Shown here: positions 54,201 to 64,000 of the stretch, piece after piece | Layout: every line of letters begins with the position of its first letter | How positions within the stretch are numbered: position 1 is the first letter of the stretch | Assembly (NCBI RefSeq): GCF_963921235.1 | Contig: NC_086109.1 | Span: forward strand, 36,086,001-36,150,000 | Source: Mobula hypostoma | Taxonomy: Eukaryota | DNA length: 64,000 bases | Direction of reading: 5' to 3' | Notes under the pieces: model-generated | The model's input: only the letters and a program-made list of their open reading frames with translations | What the model was told of the DNA's origin: nothing | The model's database searches: none | Translations under genes and position numbers: made by a program

Positions 54201-54487
54201 CTGTTCTGGGATTGCTTTAAAAATACCTTGTTACCAATGTTATGTTTTGTAACTTCAAAACATTAAATTAATTCAAAGGCGGAAGTGGGATGACCAAAAT
54301 GTGAGAGTAACTTCGACTTTACTTTAAGCGAGGTGCGCATCTATCATGTGGTGGTGTGGTGATAAATGCAGTTAACGTATGTCTACATAGACAGTAACCC
54401 GTAAGTAATTATTGAAATGAACAAGAATGCTTGATCAACAAATTAACAAAATTACTCAAACATTACTGCAATATTAAATACACAACA
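51300..54487 (-). mobile_element. Internally deleted Gypsy LTR element with both LTRs; 3' LTR interrupted by hAT
   Basis: LTRs begin tgttatgttttgtaact at 51300 and 54238; shared tattaaatacac end at about 53015 and 54483; TSD AATAC (51295-51299, 54488-54492); PBS-like TGGTAAC next to 54237; pol remnants KGPALWKCDWLRQLQL and YLTRVRNPPQQL. Confidence 0.85.
51391..52898 (-). mobile_element. hAT (Charlie/Buster-like) transposon 5' fragment
   Basis: Terminus CAGCGATTCCCAA on minus at 52898; BED-finger remnant CVL..IKPSGLQAHFPKRHP; IAKCAKSHTIGKRLFMPA typical of Buster transposases. Confidence 0.85.
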
Positions 54488-54901
54488 AATACCCATGATG
54501 TTAATATTGTATCCGGTTACAATTTTAGGTCCCTAATTGCTATATAAATTTTGTAGCCTGGAGAAAAGTACACACTTGGGACAACAAATACTTTTTCAGG
54601 TTGTAATTCCTTTATCTGTTTTAAATGTTTTAGTGCCAGAAGAAGGTCTCAGAACAAAACGGACGAATTTGCAACTAGTTCCTGCCGTTTCAATCTCAGT
54701 TTAACTTTCGATCCACACCCTTGTGTATTGATGAATTGCGTATGTAGTATAAAAATACATAAAGCAAACCACACAAAACTGATACAAAACGAATACGGTA
54801 GTGGCAATTCTGAAGGAACACAATACAAACAACATTAGAATCCCACCAACCCTGTACCTTTTACACAGCAGCGAAAATATAAGCGGATACATCTCATCTA
54901 A

Positions 54902-56676
54902 AGAACACTTACAATGCGCTGGAGGAAATCAGCAGGTCAGTCAGCATCAGTTGAAAAGATTAGTCGATGTTTCGGGCTGAAACCCTTCGTCAGGACTGAA
55001 GGAAGAACTTTGGGGAGGGTTTGAAGAATGCTGGTAGTTGAAAAAAAACAGTAATTTGAAAGACAAAGGCGTGGAGGAGGGGCAGCAGGGAGGTGATTGT
55101 CAGGAGAACAATGTGCAGTAGTAGAAGAAGGCGGAACTATGAGGGAGGTGATGTGAAATAGGGATAGAGGAAGGGAGAGGGAGGGAATTACTGGAAGTTG
55201 GAGAATTCTATGTTCATACCAAGGGGCTGGAGACTACCTAGACGGTATATGAGGTGTTGCTCCTCCAACCTGAGTTTAACCTCATCATGGCAGTAGAGGA
55301 GGCCATGTATGGACATATCCGAATGGGAATGGGAAGCAGAGTTGAAGTGGGTGGCTACCGGGAGATCCTGTCTGTTGTGGCGGACAGAGTGGAGGTGCTC
55401 GACGAAGCGGTCCCCCAATCTGTGTCGGGTTTCACCGATGTAGAGGAGGCCGTACCAGGAGCACCGGATGCAATAGATGACCCCAACAGATTTGCAAGTG
55501 AAGTGTTGCCTCACCTGGAAGGACTGTTTGGAGCCCTGAATGGTGGCAAGAGAGGAGGTATAGGGACAAGTGTAGCACTTACGCTTACGGAGATAAGTGC
55601 CGGGTGGGAGATCTGTGGGGATGGACGTGCGGATAAGTGAGTCACGGAGGGATCGATCCCTGCAGAAAACGGAGAGGGGTGGAGAGGGAAAGATGTGCTT
55701 AGTGGTGGGGTCCTGTTGAAGGTTGCGGAAGTAATGAGGATAATGTGCTGGATCCGGCAGCTGGTGGGGTGGTAGCCGAGGACAAGGGGAGCTCTGTCCC
55801 TGTTGTGGTTGCGGGAGGATGGGGTGAGGGCCAAAGTGCGGGAAATGGAGGAGATGTAGGTGAGGGCATCATTGATCACCGTAGAAGGGAAACCACGATC
55901 CTTAAAGAAAGAGGACATTTGAGATGTCCTGGAACGGAAAGCCTCACCTTGGCAGCAGATGCGGCGGAGACGGAGGAACTGAGAATAGGGAATGCATTTC
56001 TGCATGTGGCGGGGTGGGAAGAGGTATAGTCGAGGTAGTTATGAGAGTCAGTGGGCTTGTAGAAGATGTCAGTGGACAGTCTGTCTCCAGAGATGGAGAC
56101 TGAGACATCGAGAAAGGGGAGAGAAGTGTCAGAGATTGACCAAGGGAATTTGAGGGCTGGGTGGAAGTTTGAAGTAAAGTTGATGAAGTTGACGAGCTCA
56201 GCATGGGTGCAGGAAGCAGCACCAATGTAGTCGTCAATGTACCGAAGGAAAAGTTGGGGAGCAGTACCAGAATAGGTTTGGAGCACAGACTGTTCCACAT
56301 AACCAATGAAGAGGCAGGCATAGCTGGGTCCCATGTGAGTTCCCATAGCTGCACCCTTAGTCTGAAGAAAGTGGGAAGAGCCAAAAGAGAAGTTATTAAG
56401 TGTGAGAACCAGTTCCGCCAACTAGGGGAGGGTAGTGGTGGTGGGGAACTGGTGAGGTCTATTATCCAGGAAGTAGTGGAGGGCTTTGAGGCCTTCTTGA
56501 TAGGGAATGGAGGTGTATAAGGATTGGACATCCATAGTAAAAATGAAGCGGTTGGGACTGGGGAACTGGAAGTTATTGAAGAGGTGGAGGGCATGGGATG
56601 CATCGCGGATGTAGGTGGGGAGGGACTGAACTATGAGTGTTCCTTTGACAACAGCATTTGCAGATTATTTTGTGTT
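54902..56676 (-). mobile_element. Penelope-like retroelement, 5'-truncated (RT + GIY-YIG endonuclease)
   Basis: LTLNNFSF, QTKGAAMG, FLRYIDDY, LPFLD; GVIYCIRCS..LLYIGETRHRLGDRFVEH; 14-bp TSD tacatctcatctaa (54888-54901, 56677-56690). Confidence 0.95.
54961..54998 (-). ncRNA. Minimal type I hammerhead ribozyme motif in Penelope terminal repeat
   Basis: Minus strand CAGUC-CUGACGA-A-GGGU-UUCA-GCCC-GAAA-CAUC-GACUA: intact core, stem II, stem I AGUC/GACU. Confidence 0.75.
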
Positions 56677-57877
56677 TACATCTCATCTAAGACGTCTATT
56701 AGTTTTTAGTACACACGTGCTGAACTTCCAAACAGAGACTAAACATTCACATTACGCTGTTACATTCACAATCAGTCATGATACAATAAAGTTAGACAAA
56801 AGGTACACTTTGGCATAACTTTTACAAGATATTGCCTGGTAGTTAAGTTACAGAAAGACTGACCTACTTGACCGGTAAGGAACTTTGCACAAGCCACGCT
56901 ATCCAGCGTCAATGCCTTCACTTGTGAAAATCTAAAGCATCCACATGTAAAACATGTCAAATTACCAATATCCTGGATTTGCCAACAAGCATAAATGAAT
57001 TCACATGGATATCATCAATTAATAGTCACCTTTCCTCACCATGCCCAATATCTCTGGGAGGAACTTAATCCCAAAGCCCCACCAGCTTTTTCTGCTAAAA
57101 ACAAAAATGGTCTCCCCACTATTCCATGCGTGCGTAATGACATCACCATCTCCACTTAAAGGCACAGACAACTATTCTAGCATTACCCGGATGGAAGCCT
57201 AAGTACACTTTTAACGATAATGAATAAGATTTGACGGTCACCCAGTTACATAAATTTCGATTGTTCTCAGTACAACCCTTGGAGGTACTTCAGGCTTCCA
57301 ATCATAACAAACAAAATGATGATGCTAGGTAGTTGCTCATCTTACAAAAAGGTCAGCAACTGAGGTAGTCACCAATATTTTAAATTGCAAAGTGATAAGG
57401 AGTTAAGTTACCATATTAAATATTAGGTGCAATAATGTAAGTTAAAGAGCTTAACAGCAATAAATGACATTTGACAATGAGTTGAACCTAATTTCCATTG
57501 ATTATAATGGAAGGAGAATTGTACTAGGCTTACTGCAGTTTTCAGAGCAATTCCTTATGGTGGCAGTGGATCATTCTGGTTCCTCTCCACTGACCAAACT
57601 GTACTCACCTACATGCACATTATTTTCTAGATGTAGACACCCTGTCAATCAGAACTTCTTCATTCAAGAGGTACCCTACAAGTTAGAACATGCTCTGAGT
57701 GGTATCTGCCCAGGCACTGAATCCGGAGGCCCCGTCCCAAAATCCCTCTTTAGCTTTTAATATTTCACGGACTCCCAAAGGCTTTAAAACCATTTTCATG
57801 AGAGTGGACATGTACCTAAACACCTTTTTGAAAATTAGCAATGTAATTAAGATCACTAATGGTATTTAAGTTAATTT

Positions 57878-58090
57878 TATTTTATTTAGCTGCAGAGCGT
57901 AGAGTAGGGCCTTCCATTCTCCTTGAGTCACACTGCTCTAGCGACCCCAAAACCCTGATTAAACCTAACCCAATCATGGGACAATTGACAGTGACTGATT
58001 ATCCCCCGTGGTATGTCTTAGGGGTGTGGGAGGAAACCAGAGTACCTGGTGGAAAACCTAACATTCCACGAAGAGGATATACAGAGACTC
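57878..58090 (-). mobile_element. V-SINE-like element
   Basis: gtgtgggaggaaaccagagtacctgg reverse-complement V domain; tttatttta tail. Confidence 0.65.
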
Positions 58091-58419
58091 TAAAGTCCAA
58101 ATTTCAAAATACATTTATTACCAAAGTATGGATGCATGACACAGTCTTGAGATTTGTCACCTTTCAGGCAGCTACAACACAAAGAAACCCAAAGGAACCC
58201 ATCAAAAAAAGAAGACAGTCAAACACCCAATGTACAGAGAGAAAAATAAATCATAGAAACAATTGAATAAACAAGAGACAAAACTGCAACAGAATTAAAC
58301 TCCAAACTTCGGAATGCCCTGAGCTTCAATAACATCGTGTTGAGTGCGACACTACCTTTATGCATTTAAATAAAGTTAATAACATATTTACCCATGTTTA
58401 CCTTTTCTAAGCAACAGGA

Positions 58420-58995
58420 TCAGAATTAGAATGGGAATCGGAATCAGATTTAATATCACTGACTTATGTCATGAAATCAGTTGTCTTTGCTGCACCAGTA
58501 CAATGACATACCTAATAGGAAAAAAACTGTGGATTACAGTAAGTATCTATATATATATAATAGTTAAATTAAGTAAATAGTACAAAAATAGAAATAAAAA
58601 GTAGTGAGGTTGTGTTAATGGGTTCAATGCAATGTCCATTCGGAAATCAGATGGCAGAGGGGAAGAAGCTGTTCCTGAATTGTTGAGTGTGTGCCTTCAT
58701 GTTCCTGTACCTCATTCCTGATGGTGATAATGAGAGCAAGGCATGACCTGGGTGATGGGGGTCCTTAATGATGGATGCCACCTTACTGTGATACCACTTC
58801 TTGATGATAGCCTGGATAATACGGAGGCTGGTGTCCATGATTAAGCTGACTAAGTTTACAACTCTCTGCAACTTATTCAGTCCTGTGCAGTAGCATACCC
58901 TCCCAGACCAGATGGTGATGTAGCCAGTTGGAATGCTCTCCACGGTACATCTTTAGGCATTTGCTAGTGTCTTTGGTAACATAACAAATTTCATA
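58420..58995 (-). mobile_element. Rex1-like LINE 3' part
   Basis: ORF 58647-58943 SIIKDPHHPGHALLSLSPSGMRYR...FRNSFFPSAI; (gaatca)n tail. Confidence 0.85.
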
Positions 58996-58997
58996 GA

Positions 58998-59692
58998 CAC
59001 ATAGAAAACCTACAGCACAATGCAGGCCCTTCGGCCCACAAAGTTGTGCCGAACATGTCCCTACCTTAGAAATTACTAGGCGTACCCATACCACTTTATT
59101 TTTCTAAGCTCCATGTACCTATCCAAAAGTCCCTTAAATGACCCTATCATATCCACCTCCACCACCATTGCCGGCAGCCCATTCCACGTACTCACCACTC
59201 TCTGTGTAAAAAACTTACCCCTGACATCTCCTCTGTACCTACTCTCCGGCACCTTTAACCTGTGTCTGCTTGTGGCAACTATTTCAGCCCTAGGAGAAAG
59301 CCTCTGACGATCCACACGATCAATGCCTCTTATACACCCCTATCAGGTCGCCTCTCATTCTCCGTCGCTCCAAGGAGAAAAGGCCGATTTCACTCAACCT
59401 GTTTTCATAAGGCATGCTCCCCAACATCCAAGCAACATCCTTGTAAATCTCCTCTGCACCCTTTCTATGGTTTCCACATCCTTCCTGTAGTGAGGTGACC
59501 AGAACTGAGCACAGTACTCCAAGTGGGGTCTGACCAGGGTCCTATATAGCTGCGACATTACCTCTCGGCTCCTAAGTTCAATTCCACCATTGATGAAGGC
59601 CAATACACTATATGCCTTCTTAACCACAGAGTCAACCTGCTCAGCTGCTTTGAGCATCCTATGGACTTGGACCCCAAGATCCCTCTGATCCT
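58998..59692 (-). mobile_element. CR1 LINE 3' fragment
   Basis: LYRTLVRPHLEYCAQFWSPHYRKD; FFTQRVVSTWNGLP. Confidence 0.9.
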
Positions 59693-61419
59693 CTATGTTT
59701 CTATCAATCTACAGATTATACGTGATGTTTGACAAATTTCAAGCTTTTATCTTAATCAGTAGTTTATATTGTTGTAAAAAGAGCATGCATGTATGAAAAG
59801 ATTCATGCAATATTATGGAATGGACTTCTCACATCCTTTATCAAAGAACACTGAATAAATTAAACTAAAGCAAGTAAGAATGGCATCAAATGATCTTGCA
59901 GCGCAGTTAGCTTTTGTTTTGTCAACAAGTTCAATTTGTAAACAATGTTGGTACTTCACTGAATGAAAAATGAATTTTGTTATAAAGGTAAAATCGCCTG
60001 TTGAGGAATGTTTAAAGTAGTATGTTTTTAATAAAATAAAAACACATTTATCAAATTTATTAACCTTTACTGGAAGATTTCTATCTTACCAAAAGAAATC
60101 TCCGAAAAATACCTAACTTTGTTAATGACTTTAATCAGAGATACATCAGAGGCATAGGATCAAATACATTAATATATCAAAATGAAAGCAATGCATACTA
60201 TCATTTTCAGCTCCAGAGGAAACCAAAGGATGTGGTTGCTTAGTTACACAGAACAATGTGATTAATATAAGTTATACCATGAAAGCTGTGCAAGTTATGC
60301 TTCTAACATCTTGCAAGCCTAAAGATAATTATGACCAAATTGGTTTTGTTTTGAGAATGAATTGACGGTGGGCTGGCAATGGCTTTGCATTTATTAGGTA
60401 GTAATGTAATTCAGTGGCTTGCTACCAATGAACATAATGGGGGGCTGTAAATTATTTTACACATAGTAAACAGTTAGATAGGAGTTGGAAACCTAAGGAC
60501 TGGTAAGTATGCTTCACCTTAGCGTGGCCTTTCACATAGAGGGACAATCTAATACTACTTTTCAACGCACAGAATATATTTAAAACTTACCCTCTTTAAA
60601 CAAGTGAATTCAAATCTAGAGCAAAAGCTGGCATCAGAAGGTGAGGGCACAAGTTTGCAGGAATGTTGTACAGCACACTTAAAGAGACCATTGAAACACA
60701 CTATTTAATTTAAATAAATATTTTATTTTTATTCCACAAAGATTTCTCATCTGCTGGCAGCCCACTTGAGTCAAAATCAATGTTGAGTTTATTGCCATGT
60801 GCACAAGGAATTATATGCATCGGTATGGTGAAAAGCTTGCTTGTGGTGTCATCACCAGCATACAGCTTTATTTACATACATTTTAAAGGTAAAAAAATCC
60901 AGAATTAATGTTTTATTTCAGTCCGTTGTCCAAGTGAATCCTAGCTACTACTAAAGTACAGTTTGGACGGCAGTTGATTTGCATCCTGCCGCCGTTGAAA
61001 TATCCACCAACAATATTAAAACTACTGAAATATTTTCAAAAGTAGTTGTCAAAATTATACATGACTCATATTTGTTCACACATGGTATTACGCATGCAAA
61101 CTTTGGCAGTGATGTCTCAAATTATGCAATTTTCAAATGATAAAATATGGTCTACAATATAAAGTATTTCTCAGGACTCATGAAATAACAGGGGGTATGC
61201 AAGAAAAATATGGCTATAAATGTGTCCTTAGTCATGTATGCTAAGTGCCAAATGAAGTAGCCACGAAACAGAGTACAACATAAACAGCAGGGCATTTAGT
61301 CAGGCACACAAACAGGCAGGGAAATGAGGATATTGACCATTACGGGCAGATAGGATTCCTTTGCATTTGAATCACAGACAATGCTGGTTCCATGGGCCAA
61401 AGGACCTGTTGCATGCTGT

Positions 61420-61609
61420 CACAAACACAAAAAAATATGCAGATACTGGAAATCCAAAGCAACACAGAGAAAATGATGGAGGAACTCAGCAGGCCAGGCA
61501 GCAACTATGGAAAAGCATTAACAGTTGACTTCTAGGTCTGAAAAGTTGACTGTATATGCTTTGCCATAGATGCTGCCTGGCCTGCTGAGCTACTCCAGCA
61601 TTTTGTGTG
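61420..61609. mobile_element. Palindromic Penelope-derived element
   Basis: ggaggaactcagcaggccaggcagca / tgctgcctggcctgctgagctactcc arms; 13-bp TSD tgttgcatgctgt (61407-61419, 61610-61622). Confidence 0.9.
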
Positions 61610-61735
61610 TGTTGCATGCTGTACTTGTTCATGTCAATTAGGAGCAGCTTAGGCCTCCTGCTTACACAAGTTTGCTGCAACAGTCTGCGAAGTCATTGCC
61701 GATCTGACAGCATGCTTTACTTTATCGTGTCTTTA

Positions 61736-62567
61736 ATAGAACATAGACCATAGACCAGCACAGCACAGGAAGGGGCCTTTTGGTCTGCAATGTTGTGCTG
61801 AACCAGCTAAAAGGCAAAATCAAAAACACCCAAACACTAATCCCTCCTCAATGTGCATATCCCTTCATCTCCTTTACATCCATGTGCCTATCTAAACATC
61901 TCTTAAAAGTCCCTAATGCATTTGCCTCTGCCACCACAGCAGGCAGCATATTCCAGTCATCCACCACTCTCTGAGTGAAAAGCATCCCCCTTAAACCTAC
62001 CCCGTCTCAGCAATATATTCCCTCTGGTATTAGATATTTCAACCCTGGGAAACAGATACTCCCTGTCTGCTCTACCTATGCCTTTCATAATCTTAGAAAC
62101 AGTTATCAGATCTCCCCTCAGCCTCCTATGCTCCAAAGAAAACGACCCAAGTTTATCCAGCCTCTTGTGCTCTCTACCCTGTAAATAGGCAGCATCCTGG
62201 TAAATCTTGTCTGCACCCTCTCCAAAGCCTCAACATCCTCCTGAAAGTAGGGTGACCAGAACTGTATGTAATACTCTGTGATATTGCCTAACCAGAGTTT
62301 TATGAAGTTGCAACATAACCTCTTGACTTTTGAACTCTATGCCTCAACTAATAAAAACAGGCATTCCTCAAGCCTTCTTAGCATCTTATCAACCTGTGTA
62401 GCCACTTTCAAAAAGCCATGAATTTGGATCACAAGATCTCTCTGCTCAGCAACACTGTTAAGCAACTTGCCCTTAACAGTGTATAGTCTCTTTGCATTTG
62501 CCCTGTTGAGGTACAACACCTCACATATATCTGGGTTAAACTCCATCTGCCATTTCTCTGCCCATAT
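61736..62567 (-). mobile_element. CR1 LINE 3' fragment
   Basis: WAEKWQMEFNPDICEVL; atagaacatagaccatag tail at left. Confidence 0.85.
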
Positions 62568-63483
62568 TCGAAGCAAGAAGGCTGTGAGTGGAACGTCTGA
62601 AAGGATTTTCAGAGAGAAGACATTTTACTGCTCAGGGTAAAGAGAGGCAAGACTGTGCTGGCGTGTGACATTAGCCAGTAGAGAGCGGGAAGAGTTTAAA
62701 AAGAAGACTGCCATATACAGCGAGCAGCATTTGGAGTGAGAGGGCAGCAGAATGATAGGGCTTTGGCTCAAACGGGGCTTCGGTGAAGAAGGGTCTCGGC
62801 AAAGAACTGATTCACAGAGATTCACAGATAACTGCCTTCGACCTCCCCAGCAGACTCTTCCCTTTCTCCCGTGGCCCTTTTCCACTAACATCGGTTGCTT
62901 TGTCATGGCAGGTATGCTCAGACCCATGCCATGCTCCTCCTGCGACATGTGGGAACTCAGGGAGGCTGACAGTGTCCCCGAAGACTATGTGTGCAGGAAG
63001 TGTGTCCAGCTGTAGCTCCTGATAGACCGCATGGCAGCACTGGAGCTGTCCATGGACTCACTTTGGAGCATCCCAGATGCTGAGAAAGTTGTGGATAGCA
63101 CGTTTAGTGAGTTGGTCACTCCGTAGTTTAAGGATCTAAGGAAAGATAGGGAATGGGTGACCAACAGGAAGGGTAGTAGCAGGAAGGTAGTATAGGAGTC
63201 TCCCGTGGTCATCTCCCTCCAAAGCAGATATACCACTTTGGAGTCTGTTGGAGGAGATGGCTCATCAGGTGAAGGCAGCAGTAGCCAGGATCATGGCACC
63301 GTGGGTGGCTCTGCTACGCACGCGGGCAAGAAAAAGAGTAGCGGAGCTGTTGTGGTAATAGATAGGAGCAAGCGAGTCTTCTGTATGGTGTGTCGCCTCC
63401 TGGGTGCAAGGGTCAGAGATGTTTGGGAGAAGCTGCAGGGTATTCTGAAAGGAGATGGTGAGCTGCCAGCTGTCATGGTATAT
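62568..63483 (+). mobile_element. CR1 5' UTR and ORF1 (zinc finger/leucine zipper, esterase start), disrupted
   Basis: CSSCDMWE...YVCRKCVQL, ISLQSRYTTL, MVCRLLGARVRDV...ILKGDGELPAVMV, all characteristic of CR1 ORF1. Confidence 0.88.
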
Positions 63484-63492
63484 GGGGTATAT

Positions 63493-63677
63493 GGGGTGTC
63501 AGGGAGGGGTAGCACGTCTGGTGGGGGAACATGTAACGTCCTTCTCAAGGTGGTTAGTCCAGCTTTGGTCCCCACCTGGCACTCAGCTCTCACCTGTGGC
63601 TCCCCATAGTTGTTTGCATGCGACAGTGGCCACACCCCGGGCAACAGCTTTGACAAGCCGGCTAAACCAGATGAGGG
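63493..63677 (+). ncRNA. HDV-like self-cleaving ribozyme (predicted)
   Basis: P1 GGGGUGU/ACACCCC; P2 CUCUCACCUGU/ACCAGAUGAGGG; P3 GGC/GCC; L3 starts UCC; P1.1 GG then GCAA; P4 CAGCUU/AAGCCG; J4/2 G-CUAA. Confidence 0.75.
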
Positions 63678-64000
63678 TAGCCGACGGGTCTCAAACCCTC
63701 GGTGAGATAGGGCGTTGTCTATTCCCGCATGTGAAGACAGACTCCGGCGGATTGAGCGGACGAGACCTATGGAAGGTCCAACGGTCAAGAAGACGGTCTC
63801 TGCAAGCGTCGTGGAACATGTAGAGCAGGACAAGACACAGAAGACATCCTGGTCATCCACTGCGCCTAGTCCCATCTCCAGCCGTCTAGACTCTGTCTTG
63901 CCACTGGATCCAGATGGGAATTGGAAAGAAAAAGTGAGGCAGACGCTGCGCAACTCTCCCTCACTTAAATCCAAATCACGCGCTGGTTTCGACACCATCA
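63493..64000 (+). mobile_element. 5' end of an RTE-like non-LTR element inserted in CR1 ORF1
   Basis: CR1 ORF1 stops abruptly at PAVMVY; CpG-rich non-coding sequence follows, beginning with an HDV-like fold. RTE assignment is inference since no ORF lies in the window. Confidence 0.6.

Noticed and set aside
57040..57094. Minus-strand 55-nt exon-like segment (ttttag ... gtgagg)
   Set aside because: Not a multiple of 3, no recognisable peptide, no partner exons.
63291..63998. 235-aa minus-strand ORF
   Set aside because: Spans the junction of two unrelated elements in antisense; GC-rich chance ORF.

Overview
Repeat-dense vertebrate DNA, most likely a cartilaginous fish (shark/ray; inferred from HE1/V-SINE-like elements and the CR1/Penelope content). 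The only recognisable host gene is the end of GRM4 (metabotropic glutamate receptor 4) on +: last intron (1-2694), terminal coding exon 2695-2744 (xLATKQTYVSYSNHAI*) and a 3' UTR with AATAAA at 3256. The remaining ~60 kb is intergenic and built of nested transposons: CR1 LINEs (some young, forming two large inverted-repeat pairs), Rex1/Babar-like LINEs, Penelope-like elements and their short palindromic derivatives, two internally deleted Gypsy elements, solo LTRs, a Tc1, a hAT fragment, a pogo/Tigger-type MITE and SINEs. The most notable readings are RNA-level: (i) an HDV-like ribozyme fold at the 5' end of an RTE-like insertion (63493-63677) with an unusual extra hairpin in L3, and (ii) minimal hammerhead motifs in Penelope termini and at the apex of palindromic non-autonomous copies with 13-14 bp TSDs. 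Also noted: a candidate alternative GRM4 C-terminal exon, a CR1 flanked by an inverted rather than direct duplication, and a Gypsy carrying a coiled-coil ORF in place of RNase H/integrase. Boundaries of old elements are approximate.
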